64,000 nucleotides of DNA, taken from Octopus vulgaris (lineage: Eukaryota). The stretch covers positions 6,200,001-6,264,000 of the forward strand of contig OX597828.1 of NCBI GenBank assembly GCA_951406725.2, written 5' to 3'. The notes under the pieces are model-generated. The model saw only the letters and a list, made by a program, of their open reading frames with translations, was not told the origin of the DNA and did no database searches. Shown piece by piece: positions 41,113-53,560 of this stretch (its first letter is position 1; each line of letters opens with the position of its first letter). A program made the translations under genes and the position numbers.

Positions 41113-41498
41113 ACGGGAAGCTTTATGAAAATAGACAAAAGACGAAGGCAGGTGGAAAACAAACGAACAATTGTATTAGTATGGCGCTCAGGAAATATAA
41201 ATAAAACACGTCTTTAACGTTTCGAGCCTACGCTCTTCAACAGAAAGATACACAGAGAGAAAAAAACACAGAAAGAAGGAGAGAAAAAGAAATGCGTGCA
41301 GTAGCTAACGAATCAACATGGCGATCTGATTTCGGCCAGAGGTCAAAGATCAAACATGAGACGCGAGAGCGAAATAAGGGGAGATAATAGGGTTGATAAT
41401 AGGGTTGATAATAGGGTTGAAGGACCAGCTAATAGTGCGTAGGATGGGTCTGGACGTGTGTATGTATAGGGTTGGTGTATGTATTAGTATGTATAAGT

Positions 41499-41542
<44 letters not shown>

Positions 41543-41620
41543 AGAGAGTATAAGTGCGTATGAGGGGTCTGGACGTGTGTATGTATAGGGTTGGTGTATG
41601 TATTAGTATGTATTAGTATG
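41112..41620 (-). mobile_element. Penelope-like terminal-repeat element in (TA)n
   Basis: Contains the hammerhead-like motif at 41211-41248, a (GATAATAGGGTT)x3 array and an internal ~50-bp duplication (41446/41565). Confidence 0.55.
41211..41248 (-). ncRNA. Minimal hammerhead-like motif (CUGUUGA core variant)
   Basis: TCTTT-CTGTTGA-A-GAG CGTAGG CTC-GAA-ACGT-T-AAAGA; palindromic ACGT stem III. Confidence 0.6.
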
Positions 41621-41691
41621 TATTAGTACGTATTACATATATATACATATATATATACATATACATACAATATATATATATATATATATGT

Positions 41692-41763
<72 letters not shown>

Positions 41764-41909
41764 CAAAAATTTAGATCGAGATGAATTAGGTACTTAATTT
41801 GGGGCACCAGAATTTAGTTCGGTATTATCAAAACAATTTCAAAATAAGGTGGATATAATCAAAATAAACAACAAGGATATCCTTGTTGCTTATTATGATT
41901 ATATATATA

Positions 41910-41949
<40 letters not shown>

Positions 41950-42752
41950 ACATATACAAACCTCCCTGATCGTTAGCACACACGCCTTTATATAGCTTTT
42001 ACCAAACTTACCTTATCACCCCATGAAATAAATATTAATTATTTAATTTTTTTTGGGAAACCTTAACCTAATAAATCCCCTACTATTTAATTGTAACTCC
42101 TATGCCTACATAATTTAACATTAAGATATTTTCTCCATTCACGTCTACCTACACACCCATAACCCCATTGCTAAAAGTAATTCTACAGCCACTGACATTA
42201 GCCAGAACGGACACAATATTTACTAGTAGATTTCCTCTCCAACCTCTATTGACTAGAAGAATACCACTGACACCCGCTACTCTATAAATTCCTTTCATTT
42301 TACTTTATTTTGTTTATTTGTTTTTACTTTATCTTCCTTTACATCCTCCTCTTTTTGTACACTATATACTTATACACACTGTTTTTATATATACCTTACT
42401 TTATCCTTAACGCCAATCCTTAACTTCCTCCCTCACTCATACTACCCCTCTTTCTATTTATTTATTTTTCTTTCTTTTTACCACTTAATAACCACCTCCG
42501 ATACCATTCTGTTTTTGAATGTTGATGTGTTTGCGTCTATTTCTGGATTTTTACTCTATCAGGACTTTAACCTACGTAGATTTACGCAAGATTGCCCCTA
42601 AAGAAATACGGACTTACTTATACAAGATCAGGAAGTTGAAATGTGAACTTTTAGGCTTCTTTTTCCTTCTCTTTCTTCATCTCAGTATTCCTTTACTCCT
42701 GTATTCTATGTCATCATTTCATCAATCTATACCTTTCTCATTTTCCTTATTT

Positions 42753-42808
42753 GTCTCCGATGATGGAATATGCTATACTCTGGGATATCCTAGAAACAGA
42801 TGTAAGAC
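42753..42808 (+). ncRNA. Type I hammerhead-like motif (CCGAUGA core)
   Basis: GTCT-CCGATGA-TGGAATATGC...GATATCCTA-GAA-ACAGATGT-A-AGAC; stem I GTCT/AGAC, near-palindromic stem III, GUA triplet; ~70 bp upstream of (TA)n. Confidence 0.65.
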
Positions 42809-42876
42809 TTTGAAATTTGAGATGTTTGCCTTGCCTTAAAGTTTTTTGTCCTCTTTAACAATAATGTATCTATGCA

Positions 42877-42912
<36 letters not shown>

Positions 42913-43097
42913 GGACTAAAATAGGTTTACAGTTATTCAACTATCTGTTTCGCATTCCATTCTTAACAGTTTAGATAAAAATTATCAAACCATTATTCTA
43001 TGTTAATTTAGTTAATTGGAAGATAGAAATTTAAATGTTTAAAAAAAAAATTGAAATGATAAATGTAAACATGCTTTTGGGCCACTGTGTGTGTATG

Positions 43098-43178
<81 letters not shown>

Positions 43179-43202
43179 GTATATATATATGTACATGTAT
43201 AT

Positions 43203-43458
43203 GCATGTATACTGTTGTATCTGGGGAGAGTCATTTTCTTTTCGTGCCTTATTATGTAACACACTCACCGGTAACATTTCCACTTTTTTTCTTATTTTTA
43301 TTGTCCTAAAATAAGAAAAAAAGTGGAAATTTTACCGGTGAATGTGTTACATAATAAGGCACAAAAAGAAAATGACTCTCCCCAGACACAACAGAATATG
43401 CTTCAACACACGAACTCATATAAAGAATCTTACAAACCAATCTCAAAGCGAAATATGG

Positions 43459-43460
<2 letters not shown>
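43203..43460. repeat. Hairpin (~95-bp arms) with the right arm extending to (TA)n
   Basis: 43206-43298 is the reverse complement of 43308-43400. Confidence 0.85.
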
Positions 43461-43489
<29 letters not shown>

Positions 43490-44173
43490 CAGAGTGTGTA
43501 GGCTATTTAAGAATATATAAATTTTGAGTTATTAGTTTTTTAAAATTGACTTTATGTCATGTAAATTTTAGAAAATAATAATGGCAGACGCTTTGCTTAT
43601 TCGGGAAAGGGAAAAACCATACTGTAGTCTTAACCATAAATGTTTGACACAGCAATTGAAGACAGTTAAAATCCAAGAAGATCATGTTATCATTTGTTTT
43701 GTTTCTTCCTTTTTAGTTTTTGTCACAAACATTTTGTACAGAAAAAATGACAAATGGTTATGTTCAGACTCTTCTGAAGTTCCAGCGGTGATGCACGCAA
43801 AATTTCCTGCAACTGTCAAGTTGTCAGTAATGAAGGACAGGTGATGACTCATCTCTTCTTTCCACATGGTCCTAGAGTTAATTCTGTAAGTTACATTCAG
43901 GTTCTGTAAACAGTTGTCAAATCTTGGATAGATAAATTACGTAATGGGAAGTCGTACGTGTTTCAGTCGGACACTGCGCAATCACATTATTCTCAAGCAT
44001 GACAAGAACAGATAGCTGACAATTTTTATGACCACTTGTTTCCTAAACTTTGACCTGCAAGCTCATCAGATCTCAATCCGTTGGACTTTTATCTGTGCAG
44101 CGTTGTTGAGAGAGAAGCCAATCAACATACTCGTAATACCAAGGATACATTGAAAACCGCCATAGTAAAGTAA

Positions 44174-44680
<507 letters not shown>

Positions 44681-45099
44681 TAGTAAAAGTAATGTCCGAT
44701 ATGAATCAGTACCACTTAATCTTACAAACCAAATCCCAAAGCGAAATATGGATATATATATATTTTTTTAAAGCGATTTTTAAGCGATTATCTCCCTTAC
44801 ACCGGAAGAAATCACTCACTACCTTCCCTTATTTAGAACTCTCCTGTACATAAACATAACGAAAACTCTATTCAACATAGACATAACGTCGCAAGAAATT
44901 TGAAAAGCTACACGCGAAACCGGTCTTTCTTTTAAATTATGTCATTATAAGAGAAAACATTTTTTTTTTTAATTTTCTAATATTCTTCAGACATATTGAC
45001 GCAAATATATATATCTTTTAACATTTAAGCCTTCTGTAGTTTTTTCACTCTTTACTATTTTCTATATATTCACCCACGTGCTTTCACAAACCAACTTTC

Positions 45100-45130
<31 letters not shown>

Positions 45131-45533
45131 CAAAGAGAGTGTGTAGGCTATTTAAGAATATATAAATTTTGAGTTATTAGTTACCCATAGAAATACTAAT
45201 CAAATCTGAAGCTGGCTACATTGATTAAAGAAGACAGTGTAGTTTATATGTACAATTTTTCCATTACTGAAGTTGTTTGTACGTTATTCCAAAAAGAGAA
45301 TGACAAATTTGTCCTCGTATAGCTTACGCACGCATTGTATCTATCCATAAATACATACATATATACTTTTCTCGCTGGATTAAGTCTTCGTTTCTCTTTT
45401 TGTCTTCTGCAAATTTATTTTTGGATCTTCTATATATATGAAGAATTTTCCTCCGTCTGGCTGTTTTTCTCTCTACAAAACGGGAAGTTGCATTATGGAA
45501 CAGTCATTTTAACGAGATTTTTTAAAATTATTT

Positions 45534-45638
45534 ATCCCCCCGATGAGATACGTCTGCACCACCAGATACTCCTGAACCAGTTTTTGTGTGTCCCACAAGA
45601 GGAGTCGATGCTAGATGTGTCGAAACAATTGCTGTGAT
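45534..45638 (+). ncRNA. Hammerhead-like motif with long stem II (CCGAUGA core, decayed)
   Basis: CCGATGA-GATACGTCT...AGATGTGTC-GAA-ACAATTGC; 9-bp stem II (with G-U pairs), near-palindromic stem III, weak stem I. Confidence 0.5.
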
Positions 45639-45681
45639 TAATAATATATTCTCGTATATTCCATCTTCTGTCTTTCATTTG

Positions 45682-45711
<30 letters not shown>

Positions 45712-45714
<3 letters not shown>

Positions 45715-45918
45715 CTTCAAAAATATAAGGAATGGCCATAATAGGACATTCGACTCACTAGAAACAGCAGCCAAACTCAGCCAAACTAGTGAGTCGAACG
45801 TCCTATTATGGCCATTCCTTATATTGTTGAATGTATATTATATAGTCTTTGACTATCTTTTCATTCTCACTGGACCGCTGGTAGCGGAGAATTTTTTGCT
45901 ACCCTTATATTTATTAAT
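45712..45918. repeat. Hairpin element (~45-bp arms) in (TA)n, right arm extended
   Basis: TTCAAAAATATAAGGAATGGCCATAATAGGACATTCGACTCACTAG mirrored by CTAGTGAGTCGAACGTCCTATTATGGCCATTCCTTATATTGTTGAA. Confidence 0.8.
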
Positions 45919-46032
45919 TATATATATATATATATAATTCTATTTATAACTTCACTTTTAAAGGCATTTTTTTTTAATATGCCGGCCACTGGTAATTTTT
46001 TTTAATTATCTTAAATTTGAAGTATATATGTA

Positions 46033-46402
46033 TCGTCGTGGCACTCCGTCGGTTAGGAAAACGAGGGTTCCAGCTGATCCGATCAACGGGATATCCTCCT
46101 CATAAAATTGACGTCCAAGTGGCTGAGCACTCCACAGACACTTGTATCCCTTAACGTAGTTCTCGGGGAGATTCAGTGTGACAGAGTGTGACAAGGCTGG
46201 CCCTTCGAAATACAGATACAACAAAAACAAGAAAAAAGAGTGAGAAAAAGAGTACAGCAGGGTTTACCACCACTCTACGCCGGAACCTTGTGGACGTTTA
46301 GGTGTTTTCATTCTATAAAATCTCGCAAAAATGCTCTGGGAATCGAAACCGCGAACCTACGATCGTGAGTCCGCTACCCTAACCACTGGGCCATTGCGCC
46401 TC
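46033..46402 (-). mobile_element. tRNA-derived SINE family C
   Basis: Minus head GAGGCGCAATGGCCCAGTGGTTAGGG...GGTTTCGATTCCC. Confidence 0.8.
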
Positions 46403-46483
46403 ACAGACACACACACACACATAGATACAAACACACAGACACAGACACACAGACATTCACACACGCATGCACACACACTCACA

Positions 46484-46553
<70 letters not shown>

Positions 46554-46651
46554 CCAAATCTTTGGTTACAAGTTGATCTCCTAAGTCCTTTATTATAGTA
46601 AAAGATACTTGGTCCAGGTGGTATGCAGTAGGTCTGAAGCCGAAATCCAGT

Positions 46652-46950
46652 TGTCACGTGACCGACCAGGCTATCAGATGTTGCTACACATCGCTGGTCA
46701 CAATGCGCTTCGCATTGTTTTAGCCTTCAAATGACGCCACCCCGCTGACTAAGCGAGCAGACCAACAGGAGAAAAAGGGAGAGGAAGTGGCGGTGAAAGA
46801 GTACTGCAGGGATCGCCACCACCCCCTGCCGGAGCCTCATGGAGCTTTAGGTGATTTCGCTCAATAAACACTCACAACGCCCGGTCTGGAGATCGAAACC
46901 GCTATACAACGATAACGAGTCCGCTGCCCTAACCACTGGGCCATTGTGCC
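46652..46950 (-). mobile_element. tRNA-derived SINE family C variant
   Basis: Same head (GGCACAATGGCCCAGTGGTTAGGGCAGCGGACTC...GGTTTCGATCTCC) and shared body; different 3' part. Confidence 0.8.
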
Positions 46951-47982
46951 ATCATTTATGTATTCTAAATGATACATTTCGTGAGGGAGTAAGCAAATCA
47001 TTGAACACCAAGGAAATGTGTTTATGGAGTGTATAAAAAGTATCGATAAGTAATCAAAAGAATGACAATATGACCTCATAGTTGATAAAACAATTAATAT
47101 AAATTGAGAGAAGTCCTTATTATCATTCTTTAGATTTAATATGTATTTTATACATTCTTTGAACACTCCTTGCACATTGTGAACTGAGAAATTATGTTTA
47201 GCTTGTCTTTATGGGTGTGCATATTTGTTTGTGTGTAGGTGGGTGTTCGTGGTATTTGTATTTGTGTATTTGAGTTTGCGCGTGTTTATGTGTTAATTGA
47301 AATAAATATAGAAGAAAATAATAGATTTGTGTGTGTGGTGTGTTGTGGTCGCATGAGATTGTCTGTAATTCTGAATGTGTTCAATAAATGTGCTTACCTA
47401 TTGATATGCCTCTCTGTTAAAAGGAAAGATATGTTAACACGGCACTAGTGAAACAATACAAAAGTTTAAATTCATCGATTGCCAATCATTAACAATATAG
47501 TAAGAATTCTCTCTGCTGAATTGAACATGTTAATCTCGCATATAAAATTGATTGAACACCCCCTCCTCACACACATATTTACAGATGCATAAACACACTT
47601 ATACAATCGTGCAAACATACACTAATATACAAACACACCACCACACGCGCATACAAAAGACGCACACAGACACACACAATCCTAGTGATATCCATCGTAC
47701 AGACTGTGGTTTTAAAGAATGATACTTTGCAATTACCTGCATAGAACACATTTAATAAATTCGATGGTGGTATACATGGCATTGTTTATATCTATCATTG
47801 CATGTTTATTGTTCTTGCTGCTGCTATTGTTAGTGCTGTTGCCGCTGTTGTAATTGAGGCTGTTGTGTCGTTTTGGTCAACGTTGTTTGGACTGAAGCGT
47901 ATGGAGGTATATGAAGACTGTAAAAAATAATATCGTTGTTTGTAACAAGAAAAGAAATATGTAGTATTTCGGTACAGGTTTG

Positions 47983-48375
47983 TTATTTCTTTGTTGCCCA
48001 CAAGGGGCTAAACATAGAGGGGACAAACAAGGACAGACAAAGGCATTAAGTCAATTACATCGACCCTAGTACGCAACTGGTACTTAATTTATCGACCCCA
48101 AAAGGTGGCATTTGAGATCAGAACGTAACGGCAGGCGAAATACCTATTTCTTTACTACCCACATGGGGCTAAAGATAGAGAGGACAAACAAGGACAGACA
48201 AACGGATTAAGTCGATTACATCGAACCCAGTGCGTAACTGGTACTTAATTTATCGACCCTAAAAGGATGAAACACACAGTCGATCTCGGCGGAATTTGAA
48301 CTCAGAACGTAGCGTCATACGAAATACCGCTAAGCATTTTGCCCGGTGTGCTAACGTTTCTGCCATCTCGCCGCA
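47983..48375 (-). mobile_element. SINE family A dimer with Tx1-like tails
   Basis: Reverse complement of units 1-2 of 3722-4139, with the same junction TAGTAAAGAAATAG|GTATTTCG. Confidence 0.85.
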
Positions 48376-48618
48376 TTAGTAAAGGTTTCAGTTGAGGATT
48401 GTGTTCTACGTCATACGTACATATTACGGGTATTTCTCACACATTTCACTAATGTTATAACGAAATGTATATTAGAAATTTATAGTGAAATGTATTGATA
48501 TAATACAGCGGCGAGCTGGCATCGTGGAAGCATTTTGTCCCACGGTCTAATGATTCTGTCAGCTTGCGTTTTCGCAAGATACATAACGTAATGCCCAAAT
48601 AAAACAATCAGTGTACTT

Positions 48619-48686
<68 letters not shown>

Positions 48687-49119
48687 ATATATATATATAT
48701 ATATGTATATATAATATATATATATATGTATGTATGTGTGTGTGTATGCGTGTGTGTGTGTGTGTGTGTGTGTGAGTGTGTGTGTATCAGGTTGAGTAAA
48801 AAGTAAGCAACGTTTTGAACCATGAAGAATTTGTACCGGATTTTTGCAGTTTGGCATTTTTTAAAACCGTTGTTACAGTCATCTCTCTGACCGAGTTGAT
48901 CATAATTTTTGTTTGTGCGCTGTTCGAAAGGTTTGGTGTAAGTTGTAATATTTGGGCATAATTGTTGAATTTGCACCGTTGATTTATTACGTTGTTGAAC
49001 TTTTGTTGAGTGTTGTTTAAACACCAATGTTTCTGCTTGTGGCAGATCATTGTTAACGTTTACCCCTTGTGTGAACCGGGAAAATATTGTATTTAAAAAA
49101 GAATAATAAATAAAGACAA

Positions 49120-50453
49120 ATCCCCTTTTACAACCAAGACCAGTAGTGAACCAGGTACAAGTAAAAATATCAGAAGCGGAGAATCCAGCACAGTTTTAAT
49201 TAGCATGCCAACAGGAAAACGGGTTTATGCAAGGAAGAAAAGCTTGCAATTTTGCAGCAGCGGGCGGTGTTTAAAAAAAGGCAATGAATTGTGGAAGAGA
49301 TGAGCTCGGAAAATACAAAGGTTTCAAGAAAAGGGAGGGGAGCGAAACAGCGATTTCCCTTCTCAGTGAAACGACGTAGAATGACCAAAGTAAAAAAAAG
49401 AAAAGGATAACGCAAGTAAATAGGCGGTGGAGCTGTGTCTCCATCCAGTTTGGAACGACGTGACATAAATCACCAGGGGAATGATATGCCACTATAGAGG
49501 TCCGATTTAAAACCGAGGAAAAGGCAAAACAAGCATCAACGGAGCCATTAAAAACTGCGGAGATGGTTCTCCTATATACTTATCTTGAAGACGGAATTCC
49601 AAGATTAAGGTAGGTGACATCCCACTCGAAGTCGATCCCGCTTGGCTGGTTGCAGTCATAATAAACGGCTTGGAGGATTAGATCACAATTCTCTAAGCCT
49701 CAGCGCTTGGACTGTAGAATTAGCAGGGGAAGGCCTCGAAATGATTATTCAGGCTGCCCCGGCTCGTTTAGATAATATCATAGAAACTATACAGGTGGGA
49801 AAAACTAAACTTCGAGTCAAGGTAGAGGGGACGATGCACCGTTGCTACAAGTGCAGTCAAAAAGGCCACATTAGAGCCAAATGCAAACCTCCTCCCGAAA
49901 AAGCAACAATTCCCCACTTGAAGAAATACAAAAAGAAGCTACAGGTGAAACGCAGGATGAGACTTCGGAAAATGAAACAGAGGAATAGGATACAGATGAA
50001 GCCCAAGGAGAAAGGTGGGAAATTTTCTCTAGAATAAACGAAAAAGACCCTCACCATAGAACCCCACTAGCCCTACTTCAAAACAATGCAAAGCAAAAAA
50101 AAAAAAAAAAAAAATCACACAACTACAAAAAAGTAACCAAAAACTACGAGGGGAAAAACAACCCTCAAACCATTGATATTTATAAAATAGACAGAGCCAA
50201 TTATAACATGTTGGCAAATGGATTTAAAAACTTGGACCCTCTGAGGAAAGACTTTTCCCTACTAATGTTTCAGGGCGAAAATCAAAAGGAATGAGATGAA
50301 CATACCACCCCATCTCATACTGTAAGTATAACCATTATGGATATTGTTAATGTAGGGTGATTGAGTGTACGAGGCCTGGGGTCAGAATGGAAAGAATGTC
50401 GTTTCCTAAACGACCTCAGGTCGTATAGAATGGGTATTATAGTTACCGCAGAG
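49120..50453 (+). pseudogene. Degenerate Tx1-like LINE 5' part (ORF1 plus first ~39 codons of ORF2)
   Basis: KIKVGDIPLEVDPAWLVAVI and LRVKVEGTMHRCYKCSQKGHIRAKC match ORF1 at 36096; 50337 reads MDIVNVG*LSVRGLGSEWKECRFLNDLRS, matching the ORF2 N-terminus. Left boundary approximate. Confidence 0.8.
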
Positions 50454-50970
50454 TTGCCTCCCCACTTTGCCCCATCCTCCCACTGCAGACGCCAACCCTC
50501 ACCCGCCCCACCTATAACTACAAACACATAGGAGCCCCAAATTTCCCAAGCCTTATCTTGCGAAAAAGTTGCATTATTTTTTACAACCAGCCACTCGATG
50601 AGTTGTGTGAGGAATCTGGACGAGTTAATAAAAGTCGATATTAAAGGGTGTGAGGGAGTGACCGCTTTTAAAAATGTATTGATGGACAGAAAGAACTCGC
50701 AAAGATTAGGTGAGGATTACGGGAGAAATGTCATTATCTCACAAAAGGAAATTGATATCATGGAAGTGCAGTCAAAGTTAAGCTAACATGAACTTTTAAT
50801 TATTCACTTGCGCTATTTATTTACGAAAGATAAAAAAAAGGAAAGAGTTCCATGGTCGAATTTATCTCTCTTCCTTACGTCAGTCGGCGTAGCATCTTGG
50901 CCAAGTGTATTCTGCTATATCCTCAGGCTGGTTAAAAGCCTTGTGAGATTGAAACTGAAAGAAGCCCATC

Positions 50971-51028
<58 letters not shown>

Positions 51029-53182
51029 ACGCACACAAGCACAAGCATACACACTCACGTACATGGATGTATATACCTGTGTGTTTACGTGAGAGGCATG
51101 TCTTTGTGTTTATGTGTTCTTTAAGTTACTCTCGGCGTCTGGCTGCCGTATTGTACCTTAGGGATGTGACAAGAAGGATCGTTAAATCAAATAAGGATGA
51201 CTGGTCATCGTCTGATGGGTAAAAAGCTTTCATCTCTCTGGGTGTCCAGTTTAGGCACAATCCAAATAAATTCCGTAACGGAAACAATCAAAAGAGTAAA
51301 ACACTCCCAAGATGCCTGGTATCTAAGTTAACTGCAGTTATCATATTTTCCATTGGATTAAATTGCGCCATGAAATAACTCAAAATGTAGTTTCAAATTT
51401 AATCATGAACATTATTCTCAGAAGCATTATTTTTTTCTCTCGGTGCTGATAACTTAAATCCTGCTCTAATTTCATTTGAATACCACAGATATTTTCTGAA
51501 ATCCGAATGTTTGTACCTTGTCTTATATTTAGGTTAGTATTAGCGAGAAGTGGTATGGTTTTATTTTTAGAAGAGCAAAAATTAGAACACGATGACAGTT
51601 TACTAATTTTAGCTCAATACTGTTTATATAAAGAGGATAGGCACTATCATTTTATTACATACGTAAGGAAGACAGATAAATTCGACCATGGAACTCTTTC
51701 CTTTTTTTTATCGTTCGTAAATAAATAGCGCAAGTGAATTAATTCTGTGTATTATCTGTACAATCTGCCCATCCTGGTTTTTTGACTTTACTTACGTTTG
51801 TTAATTTTTACGTTAATAGATGTTCGCAATATGTTTGATAGATACTTTTTCTAAGGTTGTGTATATCATCCGTGCATTTCTTACAGTATTGTAAAAACTT
51901 TCTAGATTTCACTACTGTATGCGAATTGATGACATGCATTTTTCTTTTTGACGTCTTAATATATAAGACACCAAGTCGCATTTTTTTGGGGTGGTGTTGT
52001 CGAGGGGAAGCCACGTTACCGGAATGAACATAGGGTAAAAGCCGGAGAAAAAAAAAAGCAAAGAGCAAATGTTATGTGGAACAGAGATTAGAAAGATGGA
52101 TAAAGATCTTTGATTTAAAAAGCCAGGAAGAGTAATGCTAAGACAAATAGTAAGCAAGAGAGACAGACAAAAGAGAAAAAACAGTGACATATAAGGCAGG
52201 AGGAAAAGATAGATTGCAAAAGAAAAATGTCTGCATAGAATGATATGTAGAAAGAAGACACAGAGTTTTACAACGGAGATGGAGTGTTATAAAGGCGAAA
52301 CGAACTACAGAGAAAATGATAAGTTTAGTTAATGTAACAGAATGATATTAATGGATAATATCGACTTCAGATGTATAAACATTGGGAAATGGATAAAAGA
52401 GGCAAAGATAGATTTTAATTAAAAGCAAAAAGAGAAAAACAAATGTAAGATGTACTTACATACATATACGTTTGTGTATTGTTTGATATATATATATATA
52501 TACTTCGAAATATAAATATACATTCACCTACTTTGTCGAAATGCAGGCATGTTAAATTTATCTATTTCTCTGTAGTTTGAAAAGTGCTGAATAGCCATAA
52601 TTTGTTTTAGGTACACATTGGGGGTCTCGTCAGAAGTGTCTATAACATTTGACCTACCAATCACGTGCGCACGCTCACGCACGCACTCACAAAACCATAT
52701 ACGCATATATGTATGTATTTATGTATGTGTGTATGTATGTAAGCGTGAATAAATGTAGAACAGCTTTTGGTTTAGTCTTCATATATTGAAAACACAAATA
52801 CATTATAATGCGTATTTATACTTTTATTGTTATATTTTCTCATCCACCTATCATAGTTCGCTGGGAGTAATAATATTTCTAAATTCATTTTTACCATTAT
52901 TTTGAAGCTATCTAAACCAGAATTTCGGGGTTTGGAGTGATTTTGGATTTTGCAGTGCATCTTTTCTAGTGCTTTTATTCAGACTTTACAGCCACAATTT
53001 GACTGTTGGAAACTTAGAGTTCCAAGTTGAAGGATAAACATTTTGGCCGTCAACCGCCATGTATTTTCCTTGGGTGTGATGTGTATACATTATATGTTAA
53101 TTAAAGTTCTCTCCTATGACATGAGTGAAGTTTCCATAAGAAAACCGTATAACCGTGCGGAATGCTATAAAGCATGAATAAG

Positions 53183-53261
53183 TGATGTCTTCTAATATAG
53201 CTTCGGGCCGACCAAAGCCTTGTGAGTGGATTTGGTAGACCGAAACTGAAAGAAGCCCATC

Positions 53262-53334
<73 letters not shown>

Positions 53335-53560
53335 TGTATGTGTGTGTGTGTATTTATGTGTTTGTGTTTGTCCCCCAACATCCTTGACAACCGATGGTGG
53401 TGTGTTTACCTCCCCGTCATTTAGCGGTTCTGATAAAAGAGACCGATATAATAAGTACTAGGCTTACAAAGAATAAATCCTGGGGTCCATTTGCTCGACT
53501 AAAGCGCGGTGCTCCAGCATGGCCACAGTCAAATGACTGAAACAAGTAAAAGAGTAAAAG
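53183..53560 (+). mobile_element. SINE family B, 5'-truncated
   Basis: GCCGACCAAAGCCTTGTGAGTGGATTTGGTAGAC...GCTCCAGCATGGCCACAGTCAAATGACTGAAACAAGTAAAAG. Confidence 0.85.

Noticed and set aside
41384-41420. (GATAATAGGGTT)x3 as a telomeric repeat
   Set aside because: 12-bp unit, not (TTAGGG)n; internal to a repeat element.
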